A stretch of DNA of 64,000 nt from a virus. Position 1 is the stretch's first letter. Every line of letters begins with the position of its first letter. The notes below the pieces were generated by a model. The model worked only from the letters and a program-made list of their open reading frames with translations. It did no database searches and was not told the DNA's origin. The DNA lies in the IMG/VR virus record IMGVR_UViG_3300002144_000477, positions 64,001 to 128,000 of that record. One strand, written 5' to 3'. Shown piece after piece: positions 39,321-48,348 of this stretch. The position numbers and the translations under genes are program-made.

Positions 39321-40518
39321 CACAATTTGTATGTTGCCCTGGGTTAGCCTAGAAACTACTCCAATGGGCAATACTCGTCCCTGCTGTTTAGCAACTGAGG
39401 AAGTATTAAAACCCGACGGTACTAAGTTTAACTTAAATGTTGATACACTAGAAAGTATCTACAAAAGTGAATATATGGTAGACTTGCGCCAGCAGTTTAT
39501 AGATGGTAAGAAACCTAAAACATGCAACAGATGCTGGGATGAAGAAGATGCAGGTCGTACTAGTAAGCGTATGCACACTAACGTTCGCTTTAAACACGAG
39601 CGTCCGTTAATTGACTTTACCGACACAAAACCCGACAGTTTGTGGTTCATTGACTTAAAATTAGGCAACATTTGTAACCTCAAGTGCCGCATCTGCGGAT
39701 CATGGTCCAGTAGCAAGTGGGCACAAGAAGAAATGGATTACATTAAAGTATACGGCAAAGATCCTAAAAGTCATATTGCGTACCAGTGGTTAAAAGACGG
39801 ACGCTGGCCAAGAGATAGCGAAGTGTTCTGGGAAAACATGAGTCAATTGTTGCCTAACGTAAAGTATTTTGAGTTTACTGGCGGCGAGCCGTTTATGATT
39901 AAAGAGCACTTTGAACTATTGCAAGAAGCAGTGGATAGAGGTTTTGCTAGTCAAATTGAAATACATTATAATACCAATGGTACGCAGTATCCTGCGGAGT
40001 ATGTTGACCTATGGAAGAACTTTAAGTATGTTGAGATTGCATTTAGTATCGACAACGTAGGTGCCCGGTTTGAATACGAACGATACGGAGCAAAATGGGA
40101 CGAAGTAGAAGATAACATCGCTAAATTCAGACAGCTACGTAGTGAAACAAACAATATTAAATTGCAAATTTGTTTAACTGTTAATATTCAAAATGTATAC
40201 TACTTAGACGACCTATGCAACTGGGCGCTAACACAGGATTTTGACTACCACCATTTTAATATGTTGCACGATCCTAGACATCAGAATATCGGCACAATGA
40301 CACAGGATGCAAAAGATTTAGTAATTAATAAGTTAACCACTAGCGAGTTTACTCCTAAGCATCGAATTGAAATTGACAATATTATACAGTTTATTAAGAA
40401 TGGCCCAACTAGTGATGGCAAGCAGTTTGTTAAGCTAATGAAACAGACTGATGAGTATCGCAACCAGTCGTTTTTAGACTCGCATACTGACATAGCAAAG
40501 CCAATGGGGTATATTTAA
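39307..40518 (+). CDS. Radical SAM enzyme 4 with N-terminal Twitch/SPASM-like domain
   Basis: CNLKCRIC, TGGEP, YNTNG; ICMLPW...RPCC...TCNRCW. Confidence 0.9.
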   Translation: MENNNTICMLPWVSLETTPMGNTRPCCLATEEVLKPDGTKFNLNVDTLESIYKSEYMVDLRQQFIDGKKPKTCNRCWDEEDAGRTSKRMHTNVRFKHERPLIDFTDTKPDSLWFIDLKLGNICNLKCRICGSWSSSKWAQEEMDYIKVYGKDPKSHIAYQWLKDGRWPRDSEVFWENMSQLLPNVKYFEFTGGEPFMIKEHFELLQEAVDRGFASQIEIHYNTNGTQYPAEYVDLWKNFKYVEIAFSIDNVGARFEYERYGAKWDEVEDNIAKFRQLRSETNNIKLQICLTVNIQNVYYLDDLCNWALTQDFDYHHFNMLHDPRHQNIGTMTQDAKDLVINKLTTSEFTPKHRIEIDNIIQFIKNGPTSDGKQFVKLMKQTDEYRNQSFLDSHTDIAKPMGYI

Positions 40519-40526
40519 TTTTTAAT

Positions 40527-41825
40527 ATGACTAAACCAGATAAGAAACCCGATACATTGTGCATGGCACCGTGGACACACACTTACTTAAGCCCGCAAAC
40601 GGAACGTAGAATGTGCTGTGCTAGCCGTGAACCAGCACAAAATTTTGAGCAATACATTGACACTAAAGCTGGTACTGGAACATATATTCCGTTGACTCTT
40701 GAAGAGCACTGGAACGGTGACCACATGAAGTCGGTGCGTAAACGTATGATGGCAGGAGAAACACTACCTGAGTGTGAAGTATGTAATGATAAACTTTTGA
40801 ATACGTCGGTATACCGGAGCTATTTTGGACACTTATTCAATCATAAATACGATAGCATATGGGAAACAACAGATGTCACTGGCTTTACAACTATGGAGCC
40901 AGTGAGCTGGGATTATCGGTTTAGTAACCTGTGCAACTTTAAGTGCAGAATGTGTGGCGATATGTTGTCTAGCGCATGGGAAAGCGAGCAACGTAAACAC
41001 AATATGATTAATTGGCACGATCCAAAAAACAGTTGGATGCGCCCTGAAATCAAGAAGCAAATCGAAACGTTCCAAACAACACAGATTGAAGAAGAGTTTG
41101 CGAAAGCAGTGGAAGAGCATCGAATTGAGGAAGTGTACTGGGTTGGCGGCGAACCATTGATGTATGAACAGCACTGGCGGTATATGCAACGTATCATTGA
41201 ATTAGGAGACGGACCAAATGTTTATGCTAGATACAACACAAACCTTAGTCGCATTGATTATCGCGGTGTTAATCTTTATTCTGATATTTTGGCTAGGATA
41301 CGTGACTGGCAAGTCTGTGCAAGCATTGATGGTACAGGAAGAATTGGAGAATATATTCGAACAGGTCTTAATTTTGACAACTGGCTTGAAAACTTCAGTA
41401 AGGGAGTTGAGATCAGCAAGCATTCGCGCCAAGTTCGTATTGACTTCACTCTTACACTACCGGGATTATTTGAGGTCCTCGAAATTCAAAGATTGGGAAA
41501 ACGACTCGGAGTAGACATACTTGCAAAAGTAGTGTTCAGTTTTAGTCCCGACATTATTATGTCGCCGCTAGCATTACCTAAGGAGGTATTGCACCCTATG
41601 TTAGACAGTTTGATTGCAGAGACCAGTGGCGAAATGCAGGCTATATTAAAGCAACTTAAACTACGCCCTACCTTTGCAGAACAGTGGCCGGACACCTACG
41701 AAGCCGGACTTCGCAAAGGAAAAGAGCGAGTACTACGATTAGAGCAAATACGTAAAGATACTTTTACGTTTGCTGATATTATTAGTGATAATATTGATAT
41801 TAAAAAATGGTGGGATAATATATGA
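40527..41825 (+). CDS. Radical SAM enzyme 5 with N-terminal Twitch/SPASM-like domain
   Basis: CNFKCRMC, VGGEP, YNTN; LCMAPW...RMCC...ECEVC. Confidence 0.9.
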   Translation: MTKPDKKPDTLCMAPWTHTYLSPQTERRMCCASREPAQNFEQYIDTKAGTGTYIPLTLEEHWNGDHMKSVRKRMMAGETLPECEVCNDKLLNTSVYRSYFGHLFNHKYDSIWETTDVTGFTTMEPVSWDYRFSNLCNFKCRMCGDMLSSAWESEQRKHNMINWHDPKNSWMRPEIKKQIETFQTTQIEEEFAKAVEEHRIEEVYWVGGEPLMYEQHWRYMQRIIELGDGPNVYARYNTNLSRIDYRGVNLYSDILARIRDWQVCASIDGTGRIGEYIRTGLNFDNWLENFSKGVEISKHSRQVRIDFTLTLPGLFEVLEIQRLGKRLGVDILAKVVFSFSPDIIMSPLALPKEVLHPMLDSLIAETSGEMQAILKQLKLRPTFAEQWPDTYEAGLRKGKERVLRLEQIRKDTFTFADIISDNIDIKKWWDNI

Positions 41826-42013
41826 GCGAGACCATTGCATATTTTACGGCAAGGCCTGATTTAATTAAATATATACTAGGTGGCATATTAGTTGTAATGG
41901 CGCTCTCAGCGCACTGGAAAGTCGCAACACTAAACGACGAACGATTGATTCGGAAATACGGTAGTTACGATAAAATTCCCGAAGATGAAAAATTCCCACC
42001 TATAGGATATTGA
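41822..42013 (+). CDS. Small single-TM membrane protein
   Basis: 63 aa with the hydrophobic stretch YILGGILVVMALSA; ATGA overlap with the upstream stop. Confidence 0.6.
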   Translation: MSETIAYFTARPDLIKYILGGILVVMALSAHWKVATLNDERLIRKYGSYDKIPEDEKFPPIGY

Positions 42014-42019
42014 GAATAC

Positions 42020-43087
42020 ATGAACAAAGTAAAAGTAGTTCTAGCAGATCCGTTAAACTCTACTAGAACAATAGACTACACCATTGAAGTTGCAGACCAT
42101 ACTATGGCTAATAATTGGTATGGGGCACTGAATAACCTACTAAGCAGGAACGCCTACTTAGAGAAAAACTTTTGCTTTATGGGTTTCCCGAACACTGCTC
42201 GAGATTTGTCTTACTTGTGTAACGAGCTTAAGTGGGCAACTGACACTATTAATAACTTCTTTGACGACTATAAAATCAATGAAGTTTATACACCGGATAC
42301 TCTACGCAATGGCCTAGAACCAAATCAGGATATCATGAATAAACTTCATAATCATTTTGAAGTTCTTCAGGGCACGGTGTGGGGACTAAGTGAATATTAC
42401 AAACGAGCAGACTACCAAACAAAATTTGCTATTAGGCAACTTAACAACATCTGCCACGAAGCAGAAAGTTTAATGTTAAGTCAAAAGAAGCAAGTAGAAG
42501 CACCGCAATGGATGCGCCCGAGCCAAATTACTACTTTTTTAAATGCACCGCGCTATGAGTATCCTGCAGAGTTTAAGCGCACATTTGACAAAAGCCGGTA
42601 CGATAGGACATTCGGCACAGTGTATCAACACTGGACTCAAATTGGGAAAACACTATACGAAGTGTTTATCGACGAAAACGGTAAAGACATAGATCAAGCT
42701 GAGTGCGAAGCAATTACACATTTGCGATACTACTCGGGTGAGTTTGATATCGAATGGAGCAGAGATATTACATATTCTGGAGATTATCCTTGGCACAAAA
42801 CACGAATGGACGAGTTCGAAGAATGGCTCTTGCGTAATCGATTTGATCTAACGGATACTGAGTACAATTTCGGTTACCACGATGTAGCACAAGTGAACTT
42901 ACTTGAAAGTTTTGGTACAACTGAACCAGAAGCAGTATGGGATATTCTCGGCAAGCATTTAAATATTGTTCGAATTGAAACACAGCAAACATCATGTGAC
43001 TTTAAGTACTCGTGGGCAGATGCAGACTACAAACAACAACAAATCGACATGCTGAAACCCGGATATGATTACAGTAGCAGGCGGTGA
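42020..43087 (+). CDS. Hypothetical protein
   Basis: 355-aa ORF in the operon; His-containing helices (LHNHFE, LNNICHEAE); no family recognised. Confidence 0.7.
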   Translation: MNKVKVVLADPLNSTRTIDYTIEVADHTMANNWYGALNNLLSRNAYLEKNFCFMGFPNTARDLSYLCNELKWATDTINNFFDDYKINEVYTPDTLRNGLEPNQDIMNKLHNHFEVLQGTVWGLSEYYKRADYQTKFAIRQLNNICHEAESLMLSQKKQVEAPQWMRPSQITTFLNAPRYEYPAEFKRTFDKSRYDRTFGTVYQHWTQIGKTLYEVFIDENGKDIDQAECEAITHLRYYSGEFDIEWSRDITYSGDYPWHKTRMDEFEEWLLRNRFDLTDTEYNFGYHDVAQVNLLESFGTTEPEAVWDILGKHLNIVRIETQQTSCDFKYSWADADYKQQQIDMLKPGYDYSSRR

Positions 43088-43853
43088 TAGTTTTGTCTAC
43101 GGTAGCGAATTAGCAGACTGTAACAACACACCAAGCAACAACACATTTACAGCATTGCTAGCGCAAGAGCATACCTATCACTGTGCCGCGTATCCAGGAA
43201 ACAGTAACGAAGCCATTGCTAGGCAAACCGTTAATGCTTGTCACCGATACAATCCAGATCGTGTTATAGTCAGTTGGACATTTCCTGGCAGGTATGAATT
43301 TAGATTTGGTTACAATACTGGACAACGTTTAAGTCCATGGTATAGTATTAACAGTTGGACCGTTGAACAAAATGTTTCTGCAATTGAACAAGAGTTCATT
43401 ACCAAAGACGAGCATATTCTCAAAGCACAAATCGACACAATAGAACGTGCAAAGAAAACAGGTGTTGCAGATTTTGCAAGAACTTTTTACCAACACGTGG
43501 GGTCCACTGAATACTGGGAAGTGTATAGTAGCCTTAAAGAAATTGTATACCTCCAAAACTATTTAAAATCGAGAAACATTGCTTATTTGTTCACGCTAGC
43601 AGATTATTCTATATTTGACAATTACACAATACAACATTGCGATGCTACTATTGCAAGTTTAGTCGACTCAATTGATATGTCACGATTTTACTTTTTCCCG
43701 CCCGGAACACAAAACGGTGAAACAACCACACACAGAGGTTTCTACCAGTGGGCATTGGAAAATAAATACAAAGTGGGCACAACGCATCCACTAGAGGAAG
43801 CGCACTACGCCGCTTACTTATTATTACAGGACTACTTCAATGCAATGGATTAA
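43065..43853 (+). CDS. SGNH/GDSL-hydrolase-like protein
   Basis: N-terminal GGDSFVYG (block I), PGNSN (block II), C-terminal THPLEEAH (block V-like). Confidence 0.6.
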   Translation: MITVAGGDSFVYGSELADCNNTPSNNTFTALLAQEHTYHCAAYPGNSNEAIARQTVNACHRYNPDRVIVSWTFPGRYEFRFGYNTGQRLSPWYSINSWTVEQNVSAIEQEFITKDEHILKAQIDTIERAKKTGVADFARTFYQHVGSTEYWEVYSSLKEIVYLQNYLKSRNIAYLFTLADYSIFDNYTIQHCDATIASLVDSIDMSRFYFFPPGTQNGETTTHRGFYQWALENKYKVGTTHPLEEAHYAAYLLLQDYFNAMD

Positions 43854-43941
43854 AAACATAATCAATCGAATCAAACTCGAAATTCAATATCGTAAGAAAC
43901 TAAAAGAGTTAAGAAAACGTGATCCTTTTATTTACAAATGA
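43840..43941 (+). CDS. 33-aa basic micro-protein (MQWIKNIINRIKLEIQYRKKLKELRKRDPFIYK), below the ORF-track cutoff
   Basis: Fills the gap exactly: overlaps the upstream stop and is ATGA-coupled to 43938. Confidence 0.65.
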   Translation: MQWIKNIINRIKLEIQYRKKLKELRKRDPFIYK

Positions 43942-44639
43942 CACGTAGACGAATTCTTACAGTAGGTGATAGTTTTACATTCGGGGAAGAACTCCCTGAC
44001 AGAGAACAGCATGCATTCCCTTATCTATTACGAGATTACCTCGGAGTCAACGAAGTAATAAATTTAGGGTTAAGCGGTGCAAGTTCTGACTATGTGTTCC
44101 GCACCACAATCGAAACATTAATCTCGGATCCTGATCCATTTGATTTAGTGCTAGTCTGCTGGCCAGAACAGAGTCGGTTTGAAGCAATACACAACCATCC
44201 ATCGTTTGTTCCAACTGAAAGTGCGCCTCATATTAAACCAATGGCGTGTTTGATACGCAAGCCAGGTAAAGCAACCCCCGGTTACGAACCAAAATGGGTG
44301 CAAGAGTATTACAAATACAGTTACGATACAGCATGGGGCTACCGTAAACAATTTAATCAAATGATTGCATTGCAAGCATTTTTAAAACAGCGTAAACAAC
44401 CGTATGCTATGTATAATGTAGCAGGACTACAGGGCGAGTACGGTAGATACAAAGTTTTTTTACAACATCAGTTTGCCGGGATAGATAGCAACAACTTTAT
44501 AGGATGGCCACTGGATGGATTATTAGAATGGCAAGGGGACTGCGTTAAAGCGCCAGGCGGACACCCTTTAGAATTAGGGCATCAACGAATAGCAAAGGTT
44601 ATCTATGAACATATTAGGAATAGCGGCTGGTTTTCATGA
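43938..44639 (+). CDS. SGNH/GDSL-hydrolase-like protein (paralog)
   Basis: VGDSFTFG, NLGLSGASS, C-terminal GGHPLELGH. Confidence 0.65.
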   Translation: MTRRRILTVGDSFTFGEELPDREQHAFPYLLRDYLGVNEVINLGLSGASSDYVFRTTIETLISDPDPFDLVLVCWPEQSRFEAIHNHPSFVPTESAPHIKPMACLIRKPGKATPGYEPKWVQEYYKYSYDTAWGYRKQFNQMIALQAFLKQRKQPYAMYNVAGLQGEYGRYKVFLQHQFAGIDSNNFIGWPLDGLLEWQGDCVKAPGGHPLELGHQRIAKVIYEHIRNSGWFS

Positions 44640-46104
44640 CGCCGCAGTCACGTTAATTAACGATCAGGGCGATATCCTGTTTGCAAGCTCAAGCGAAAGA
44701 TACAGCGGAATAAAAAACGATCCTAAGTTAGCAAGAGATATGCTAGCTGAAATTGATCTCTCGGAAGTACACAACGTTGCGTATTACGAAAACCCGCTGC
44801 AAAAGCAATTACGACAATTGTACGCAGGTCAATGTGTAGAGTTAAACAAACTAACTACTCGGCAGGTCCTTCGCTCAGTTGGATATCCTGCTAAAACCGG
44901 TTTGTTTGGCACTAGGTGTAACGTAAAGTCGTATCCTCATCATATGAGCCATGCTGCTGCCGGGTTTCAAACTAGCCCGTACGATGACGCTACGGTGTTA
45001 GTAGTGGATGCAATCGGTGAATGGAATACCGCAACTATATGGGATGCCCGGTACGATAGCGAGGGCAAAGCAGTATACAAAAAGTTATGGAGCCAATCGT
45101 ATCCGCATAGTATCGGATTATTCTACAGTGCATTTACTAAGCACATCAATCTTAAACCTCTAGACGAAGAATACATTTTCATGGGCATGGCAGCGTGGGG
45201 AGAAAATCGCTGGTTTGATCGTATCTATACTGACTTCATTGAGAATTCGAGCGAATTAACATTTAAGAAAAATTTACATATTGGTATAGATCCAAATTAC
45301 TTACCCGACGCTCTTAATGTTGATATTGCCGCTAGTGTGCAAAGCATCACGGAACATCTATTAGATCGATTAGTAAATAAAGCAAAGCACATGAATACAA
45401 GTAAGAATCTTGTATTCATGGGGGGAGTCGCATTAAATTGTGTTGCCAATGCAAACATCGGAGCGCATTACGAGAATATTTGGATTATGCCAAATCCGGG
45501 CGATGCCGGTAGTAGCTTAGGTGCCGCCGCACTGATGTACGGAAAAAAACTGAACTGGGATGGGCCATTTCTTGGTTATAATATTCCGGGCGAGTACCCA
45601 GTTAACCAAATGGTTGATCAGCTATTAGCAAATCAAATCGTTGGAGTTGCTACTGGTCGCGCAGAGTTTGGGCCTAGAGCGTTAGGACACCGCAGTCTGC
45701 TTGCTGATCCACGCGGCTCAGAAATTAAAGATAGAGTAAACGAAATTAAACGTCGACAAAAGTTTAGACCATTTGCTCCAATGATTTTAGAAGAAATGGC
45801 AGACCAATATTTTAACATGCCGAAAAATTGGAAAGCCAGCCCATATATGCAAACTGTTGCAGTAGTTAAAGACCCATCACAGTTTCCAGCTATATGCCAT
45901 ATCGACAATACTGCACGAGTACAAACAGTAGGCCGTGAACCTCAGTTTGCTGGAGTAAGAGAACTACTCGAAAAATGGTTCGTGTTAACTGGATGCCCGA
46001 TGCTGCTAAATACTTCGCTTAATATCAGGGGAGAGCCCATGGTTAATACTCGCTCGGATGCTGATAGATTCGAGGATCAATACGGTATAACAGTAATATC
46101 ATGA
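44605..46104 (+). CDS. Carbamoyltransferase, NodU/CmcH/TobZ family
   Basis: GFHDAA, ERYS, HHMSHAA, VDAIGE, GGVALNC, PGDAG, EFGPRALG, FRPFAP and LLNTSLN motifs (Kae1-like plus YrdC-like domains). Confidence 0.92.
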   Translation: MNILGIAAGFHDAAVTLINDQGDILFASSSERYSGIKNDPKLARDMLAEIDLSEVHNVAYYENPLQKQLRQLYAGQCVELNKLTTRQVLRSVGYPAKTGLFGTRCNVKSYPHHMSHAAAGFQTSPYDDATVLVVDAIGEWNTATIWDARYDSEGKAVYKKLWSQSYPHSIGLFYSAFTKHINLKPLDEEYIFMGMAAWGENRWFDRIYTDFIENSSELTFKKNLHIGIDPNYLPDALNVDIAASVQSITEHLLDRLVNKAKHMNTSKNLVFMGGVALNCVANANIGAHYENIWIMPNPGDAGSSLGAAALMYGKKLNWDGPFLGYNIPGEYPVNQMVDQLLANQIVGVATGRAEFGPRALGHRSLLADPRGSEIKDRVNEIKRRQKFRPFAPMILEEMADQYFNMPKNWKASPYMQTVAVVKDPSQFPAICHIDNTARVQTVGREPQFAGVRELLEKWFVLTGCPMLLNTSLNIRGEPMVNTRSDADRFEDQYGITVIS

Positions 46105-46529
46105 AAATTTTAATATTTGGATTGCCAGGAAGCGGCAAGAGTACACTAGCAGAACCGTTTGCTAAATTAGTAGGCGGCATATGGCTTAATGCAGATGCAG
46201 TGCGTAAAGAATATGACGACTGGGACTTTACCCCCGAAGGTCGCATGAGGCAAGCACAGCGTATGAAATTTTTAGCAGATGGTGTAGTTAAAGCAGGCAA
46301 AGTTGCAATCGCAGACTTTGTTTGTCCCACTGTACAAGCTCGGGAGGAGTTTGGCGCAGACTTTGTTGTCTGGATGGATACTATCAAAGAGGGTAGATTC
46401 GAAGACACTAACAAGATGTTTCAAACACCTGCACATTATGACTATCACGTAAGTGCATGGTTTGATGATACGCATGAACAACTGGCAAAAGTAGTTTCGA
46501 AATATATGAAAGCTCAAAATGGAAAATGA
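46101..46529 (+). CDS. Adenylyl-sulfate-kinase-like P-loop kinase
   Basis: GLPGSGKST Walker A, LNADAVRK, DFTPEGRMRQ, ADFVCP. Confidence 0.7.
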   Translation: MKILIFGLPGSGKSTLAEPFAKLVGGIWLNADAVRKEYDDWDFTPEGRMRQAQRMKFLADGVVKAGKVAIADFVCPTVQAREEFGADFVVWMDTIKEGRFEDTNKMFQTPAHYDYHVSAWFDDTHEQLAKVVSKYMKAQNGK

Positions 46530-46743
46530 AAAAGTATCACCAAAACGCCACTTAGCCAAAGCGGTTACCTGGAGAATTGCTGCCAGCACAATAACAGCAC
46601 TAATCGCTTTTGGTTTCGGTTTGCCAGCATCTGCAATAGGCGGCGTGTTCTTTGTTGACTTGGTACTGAAGTTTGTGTTATACTATTACCATGAACGCTT
46701 ATGGTATAAGCACATAACTTACGGAGTTAAAAAAGATGTTTGA
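46519..46743 (+). CDS. DUF2061-like small membrane protein
   Basis: RHLAKAVTWRI...LYYYHERLW pattern; two hydrophobic helices. Confidence 0.75.
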   Translation: MENEKVSPKRHLAKAVTWRIAASTITALIAFGFGLPASAIGGVFFVDLVLKFVLYYYHERLWYKHITYGVKKDV

Positions 46744-47146
46744 TAATCAACACCCCACAACACAGATGCTGGGAAGGTGGCAACCCTGGCATCCTGGACA
46801 TACCGCATTGTTTAAAAAAGCACTGATGGAAACTGGACAAGTTTGTATTCAGATTAGAGATGTTGGAGGCATTGTTGGCGCAGATGCAGGCGCAGGAAGA
46901 ACTGCTACACAAGCTGACAATCCTTTTAACTTTACCGAAGTTAAGAACAATATCATACAGGCATTGTTTGAAGAAGGTTTTACCTACAATGAGGAATACA
47001 TTATTATGCAAGTTCCTAATATTGTAGACATCAGCTATGGTCGTGGTGTAGGATATACATTTACACAGCACGACCTAGGTGAAGAAATACATGCTATCAG
47101 TGCAACTGAAATCAGAGCTAAGTTGCGAGCAGATGGAAAACTATGA
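46736..47146 (+). CDS. HxGH-family nucleotidyltransferase (cytidyltransferase-like)
   Basis: LGRWQPWHPGH motif, DNPF, C-terminal ISATEIR. Confidence 0.75.
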   Translation: MFDNQHPTTQMLGRWQPWHPGHTALFKKALMETGQVCIQIRDVGGIVGADAGAGRTATQADNPFNFTEVKNNIIQALFEEGFTYNEEYIIMQVPNIVDISYGRGVGYTFTQHDLGEEIHAISATEIRAKLRADGKL

Positions 47147-47262
47147 TTTTAGATTTAGCAGTAGGTATCGCACATTCACTATTTTGGTTCGCAGTAGTAA
47201 TGCTAGAGCTGTTTGTTATTATACAAACATTGAAGTGGTTAACAGGCGATAAGTTAAACTAG
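47143..47262 (+). CDS. 39-aa hydrophobic peptide (MILDLAVGIAHSLFWFAVVMLELFVIIQTLKWLTGDKLN), below the ORF-track cutoff
   Basis: ATGA-coupled to the upstream gene, single TM, ends overlapping the convergent gene. Confidence 0.5.
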   Translation: MILDLAVGIAHSLFWFAVVMLELFVIIQTLKWLTGDKLN

Positions 47263-48348
47263 TAAATTATCTGTAAGCTCTTGCCATGCGCTGTCTAGGA
47301 ACGAAGATTGCTCAAACCATTTACGGTTATGAGTCAGCACTGGTTCCATTTGTTTAAGTAGTACTTCTAACTCGCTATTGCTACGAACACATAATTTAGC
47401 AATAGCATCATTTAATACTAGTATACGCTGTATTGGATCTTCAATGTCATCGTAGCTTTCGTCAATCCAGTCACTGAATGTTAAAAATCCATACGACCGT
47501 AGATACTTTAGGCTGTGTGCAGGACCTAATAACACAAATGGCATTTCACTAATTATAGGCTTAAACACTTTTTCAGTTAAGTGCTCTTTGCTACTCCAGA
47601 ATTCAGTTTCAGTGACAACAAACAGAAACGATTCCATGCATTGATCCACTGCACTTAATACCATACTGCCGTTTGGTATATGGTCCGACGAACTAGTATC
47701 AACTCGCAGTTCGGGTAACCCAGCAAGCTCATCGATTGCCCATTGTAGGTCTAGACCCTTTGTGCGTTCTGCCCATTGTAGTTGTTCAATATTGTTACCG
47801 TGCTCTGGACAGTCAACACTATAGCTAACGTGTCCTTGTTCTAATAGATTTCGACGCTTTAAGTCAGCTACTGCAATACTACGATAGCACCTTGCATTTC
47901 CAGTAATTCGGTTAAAGCTAATAAACTTTTTGTTGACTTTACGGTCGGATGGCTGTATAATATGAGGACTGTACCGGTAGCCACGGAACCAGTCGTGTGC
48001 GGCAAATATATGGTAGAAATAGTAACAATCGTCGAACTGGAATTTGTCTAAAAAATATTTTTTAGACTCACTCTGGCGTTCGGTGTTAAGTAGTATTATG
48101 CGCCTGTTGTCTGTACCAAAAGTGTTTTTAACATGGTTAAACAGTGCATCGTTGTACCCAGGTATAAGCGGTTCTTGATCATAACAAAACAATACTGGTC
48201 CTTCATCGTCGCCACCGGAGTTTAACATTTCTAGACTGTCGATACTGCTTGCACCAAAAGGAAAAGGATAAATGACCATAACCCCATTGGGCCACTTGTT
48301 GCAGGCCATGCGGAAAATGTTTTCATAATGCGAATGGATATTATACAT
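47254..48348 (-). CDS. Putative GT-B glycosyltransferase (GT10/fucosyltransferase-like motif)
   Basis: FVVTETE...HLTEKVFKPI...PFVLLG...LRSYGF resembles the GT10 E...TEK...P nucleotide-sugar-binding motif. Confidence 0.5.
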   Translation of the reverse strand: MYNIHSHYENIFRMACNKWPNGVMVIYPFPFGASSIDSLEMLNSGGDDEGPVLFCYDQEPLIPGYNDALFNHVKNTFGTDNRRIILLNTERQSESKKYFLDKFQFDDCYYFYHIFAAHDWFRGYRYSPHIIQPSDRKVNKKFISFNRITGNARCYRSIAVADLKRRNLLEQGHVSYSVDCPEHGNNIEQLQWAERTKGLDLQWAIDELAGLPELRVDTSSSDHIPNGSMVLSAVDQCMESFLFVVTETEFWSSKEHLTEKVFKPIISEMPFVLLGPAHSLKYLRSYGFLTFSDWIDESYDDIEDPIQRILVLNDAIAKLCVRSNSELEVLLKQMEPVLTHNRKWFEQSSFLDSAWQELTDNLLV

